The position numbers and the translations under genes were made by a program. A stretch of 64,000 nt of DNA from Cyanophyceae cyanobacterium (GTDB taxonomy: Bacteria; Cyanobacteriota; Cyanobacteriia; Cyanobacteriales; JBHJGN01), in NCBI GenBank assembly GCA_050331735.1, contig JBHJGN010000011.1, positions 32,001-96,000 of the forward strand, given 5' to 3'. Shown here piece after piece: positions 61,770 through 64,000 of this stretch (its first letter is position 1; every line of letters begins with the position of its first letter). The notes under the pieces are model-generated. The model was not told the origin of the DNA, made no database searches, and saw only the letters and a list, made by a program, of their open reading frames with translations.

Positions 61770-61921
61770 GTCCCGCTAGAGACGGGGAAACGGTCGCGTT
61801 CGCGACGGGGAAAGAACCCAGGATTAAGGAACAAACTTTCTAACCCCCCCTTTCCCCCTTCCCCCTTCCCCCTTTCCCCGTTGCGAAGCAACTTTTTCCC
61901 CTTTCCCCGCGCCGCAGGCGC
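61770..61921 (+). repeat. Full copy I of the composite repeat
   Basis: Starts directly after the sigma TAA: GTCCC-GCTA-GAGAC, GTCGC-GTTC-GCGAC, core GAACCCAGGATTAAGGAACAAACTTTCTAAC, GTTGC-GAA-GCAAC and GCGCC-GCA-GGCGC. Confidence 0.92.
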
Positions 61922-62037
61922 TCCAGGGCGGAGAACGCGGTAATCGGGGTTCGGTTCACCTAACACTTGAAGTTGGTTAGAGTTGTTATTCTAACTATCA
62001 AGAACGAATTCATAACCTCAATTAGGAGACGCTTTTC

Positions 62038-62376
62038 GTGAATAACGCATCCAATCGTTCTCAAGGTTTTCTTGGCGGTGACAGTGAGTCCCATCTCAAC
62101 CTGTGGCAATACGTTCAGTCTCTCAATCCAGAAACCATTGCTCAGCTTTCTAAGCCGGAGTCGAATGAAGTATTTCAGGTGATGGAGCGCAACATTATTG
62201 GGTTACTCGGTAACCTGCCCTCAGAACACTTTGACGTGAATATTAATACTAGCCGCGAACACCTGGGTAGACTGCTGGCTTCAGCGATGATGAGCGGATA
62301 TTTTTTGAGAAATGCAGAGCAGCGGATGAACTTTGAAAAGGCCCTACAGGGAATTCCCTCTTCGCCAGAGGAGTAG
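62038..62376 (+). CDS. DUF760 family protein
   Basis: LWQYVQSL.PETIAQLSKP and LGRLLASAMMSGYFLRNAEQR. Confidence 0.85.
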   Translation: MNNASNRSQGFLGGDSESHLNLWQYVQSLNPETIAQLSKPESNEVFQVMERNIIGLLGNLPSEHFDVNINTSREHLGRLLASAMMSGYFLRNAEQRMNFEKALQGIPSSPEE

Positions 62377-63472
62377 GGCGCTGTCTGCTGAACTCGAATT
62401 ACCCGGCTCGGTTGTCACTCTGAGGCGATCGCTCCTCGACTGGTATCGCCAGCAGGGTCGTTCTTTGCCGTGGCGACAGCAGCAAGACCCCTATGCCATC
62501 TGGGTGTCTGAAGTGATGCTTCAGCAAACGGGAGTCAAAACGGTGATTCCCTACTACCAGCGGTGGCTGGAGCAATTTCCCACCGTTACTTTTCTTGCCA
62601 ACGCTCAGCTACAGACCGTTCTCAAAGCGTGGGAAGGGCTGGGCTACTACGCCCGCGCTCGCAACCTGCATCGCGCCGCACAGCAGATTGTTGACCAACA
62701 CAACGGCCTGTTTCCCTCCCAGCTAGAGGAGGCGATCGCCTTACCCGGCATCGGTCGCACGACAGCAGGAGGCATTCTCAGCGCCGCCTTTGCTCAACCC
62801 GTCTCGATTCTAGACGGTAACGTTAAGCGAGTGCTGTCTCGATTAGTGGCTCTGTCTATACCGCCTGCAAAAGCCAATCAGCAGCTCTGGCGGCTGTCGG
62901 ATACTCTCCTCGATCCCCACAATCCTAGAGACTTTAATCAGGCGATCATGGACCTAGGAGCCACCGTTTGTACTCCCAGTCGTCCTCACTGTCTGCTTTG
63001 CCCTTGGCAAAACGAGTGTCAGGCGTACAATAGAGGCATTCAAAATCAACTACCTATGCGTGAAGCGACTTCTCCTCTGCCCCACAAGCGAATTGGTGTG
63101 GCCGTCATTCTCAACGACCAAGACCAAATTCTAATTGACCGCCGCCCCGCCAAAGGCCTGCTAGGAGGACTGTGGGAATTTCCGGGTGGCAAAATCGAGC
63201 CCGGAGAGACGATTCCAGAATGTATTAAAAGAGAGATCTTAGAAGAGTTGGCCATCGACATTGAGGTAGGCGAACACCTCATTACTATCGACCACGTCTA
63301 TACGCACTTCCGGGTCACTCTAGCGGTGCACTACTGTCGTCACCTCGCCGGCGTCCCTCAACCCATCGAATGTGACGAAATCCGCTGGGTCACGCTAGCA
63401 GAGATCGACCAGTTTCCCTTCCCAAAAGCCAACAGCAAAATTATTGCCGCCCTCAAAAATCGCTCCGCCTAG
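62333..63472 (+). CDS. mutY: A/G-specific adenine glycosylase with C-terminal Nudix domain (start uncertain)
   Basis: WVSEVMLQQT, WEGLGYYARARN, LPGIGRTTAG, LDGNVKRV, CTPSRPHCLLCP..NEC (4Fe-4S) and WEFPGGK. Confidence 0.95.
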   Translation: MKRPYREFPLRQRSRALSAELELPGSVVTLRRSLLDWYRQQGRSLPWRQQQDPYAIWVSEVMLQQTGVKTVIPYYQRWLEQFPTVTFLANAQLQTVLKAWEGLGYYARARNLHRAAQQIVDQHNGLFPSQLEEAIALPGIGRTTAGGILSAAFAQPVSILDGNVKRVLSRLVALSIPPAKANQQLWRLSDTLLDPHNPRDFNQAIMDLGATVCTPSRPHCLLCPWQNECQAYNRGIQNQLPMREATSPLPHKRIGVAVILNDQDQILIDRRPAKGLLGGLWEFPGGKIEPGETIPECIKREILEELAIDIEVGEHLITIDHVYTHFRVTLAVHYCRHLAGVPQPIECDEIRWVTLAEIDQFPFPKANSKIIAALKNRSA

Positions 63473-63641
63473 TCCCTGCGGGACGGGGAAGCTGTCCCTG
63501 GCGGGACGGGGAAGGGGGAAAGGGAAAACTGTCGCGTTCGCAACGGGGAAAGAACCCAGGACTGAGGAACAAACCTTCTAACCCTCCCTTTCCCCCTTCC
63601 CCGCGCCATCGGCGCTTCCCCTTTCCCCGCAGCTTCGCTGC
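63472..63641 (+). repeat. Full copy J of the composite repeat
   Basis: Shares the G of the mutY TAG: GTCCC-TGC-GGGAC, GTCCC-TGGC-GGGAC, GTCGC-GTTC-GCAAC, core GAACCCAGGACTGAGGAACAAACCTTCTAAC, GCGCC-ATC-GGCGC and GCAGC-TTC-GCTGC. Confidence 0.92.
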
Positions 63642-63723
63642 TTTTACGTCCGTCGCCTGATGGCTGATGCGACCAGCAATGAAATAATACTGAGTAGAGT
63701 ACAACATTGCCTGAGTCGAATTC

Positions 63724-64000
63724 ATGACACTAAAGCGGTTAATTTTGATCGTGCTGACGATCGCCTCGCTCATTCCCGTCGTCTTTTCGTTGGGAGGGAG
63801 CCTCAGCCAGCCTCAGGTGCAGGCGCGTCTACAGCTCTATCAAACGAACCTTGTCCTTCAGGCTTCCGAGTTTATTCCAGAAAGCTTGCAGCAGCGCAGT
63901 CCCTCGGATTTAACCGCTGCTCGGGATGCTTTAATTGGTAGCGATCCGTATTCGGCGGCCCAAGAACAGTACCAGGAAGCTCTTCAGGTGGCTCAACAAG
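63724..64000 (+). CDS. N-terminus of a probable CPBP (Abi/CAAX) family intramembrane protease; runs off the window end
   Basis: Manual translation MTLKRLILIVLT...SLSQPQVQARLQLYQTNLVLQASE, recalled as the N-terminus of a conserved cyanobacterial CPBP protein. The catalytic part is not in the window. Confidence 0.55.
   Translation, partial: MTLKRLILIVLTIASLIPVVFSLGGSLSQPQVQARLQLYQTNLVLQASEFIPESLQQRSPSDLTAARDALIGSDPYSAAQEQYQEALQVAQQ

Noticed and set aside
18391..63773. Family of similar short ORFs (LRNGKRG..., KNTELRNR...) at 18391, 18416, 18453, 24252, 25636, 27676, 28549, 60103, 60155, 61766 and 63453
   Set aside because: The similarity comes from the DNA repeat; they occur in different frames and strands with no consistent start or stop.

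Overview
Cyanobacterial chromosomal segment (frequent HIP1 octamer GCGATCGC, group-2 sigma factor, Tic22 and PEP-CTERM-type genes). No rRNA, tRNA or CRISPR array was recognised. From left to right: trypsin-like protease, parA, msrA and a flippase; an AT-rich decayed island (about 4.2-11.2 kb) with an RTX fragment, LysR/aspartoacylase pair, Tic22 pseudogene, IS256/IS66/IS1 remnants, a methyltransferase pseudogene and an MNT-HEPN toxin-antitoxin pair; a ClpC paralogue; a response regulator / sucrose-phosphate synthase / histidine kinase block; a signalling locus (20.3-29.2 kb) with CheB and CheR but no MCP, CheA or CheW; a large exopolysaccharide region (30.8-57.7 kb); then GH116, a sigD-like gene, DUF760, mutY and a partial CPBP protease gene. 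Two observations stand out. (1) A dispersed composite repeat (7 full and 4 partial copies) is built from GGGGAAA heptamer arms, a conserved core of about 30 nt, and interchangeable 5-bp mini-hairpins with fully compensatory stems. It sits on stop codons and extends three proteins. (2) In the CheB/CheR locus, a histidine kinase, a diguanylate cyclase and a Crp-family regulator share one N-terminal EE-heptad helix plus PAS module resembling chemoreceptor methylation helices, suggesting a receptor-free methylation signalling system. All product calls come from motif recognition by eye; no database search was run.
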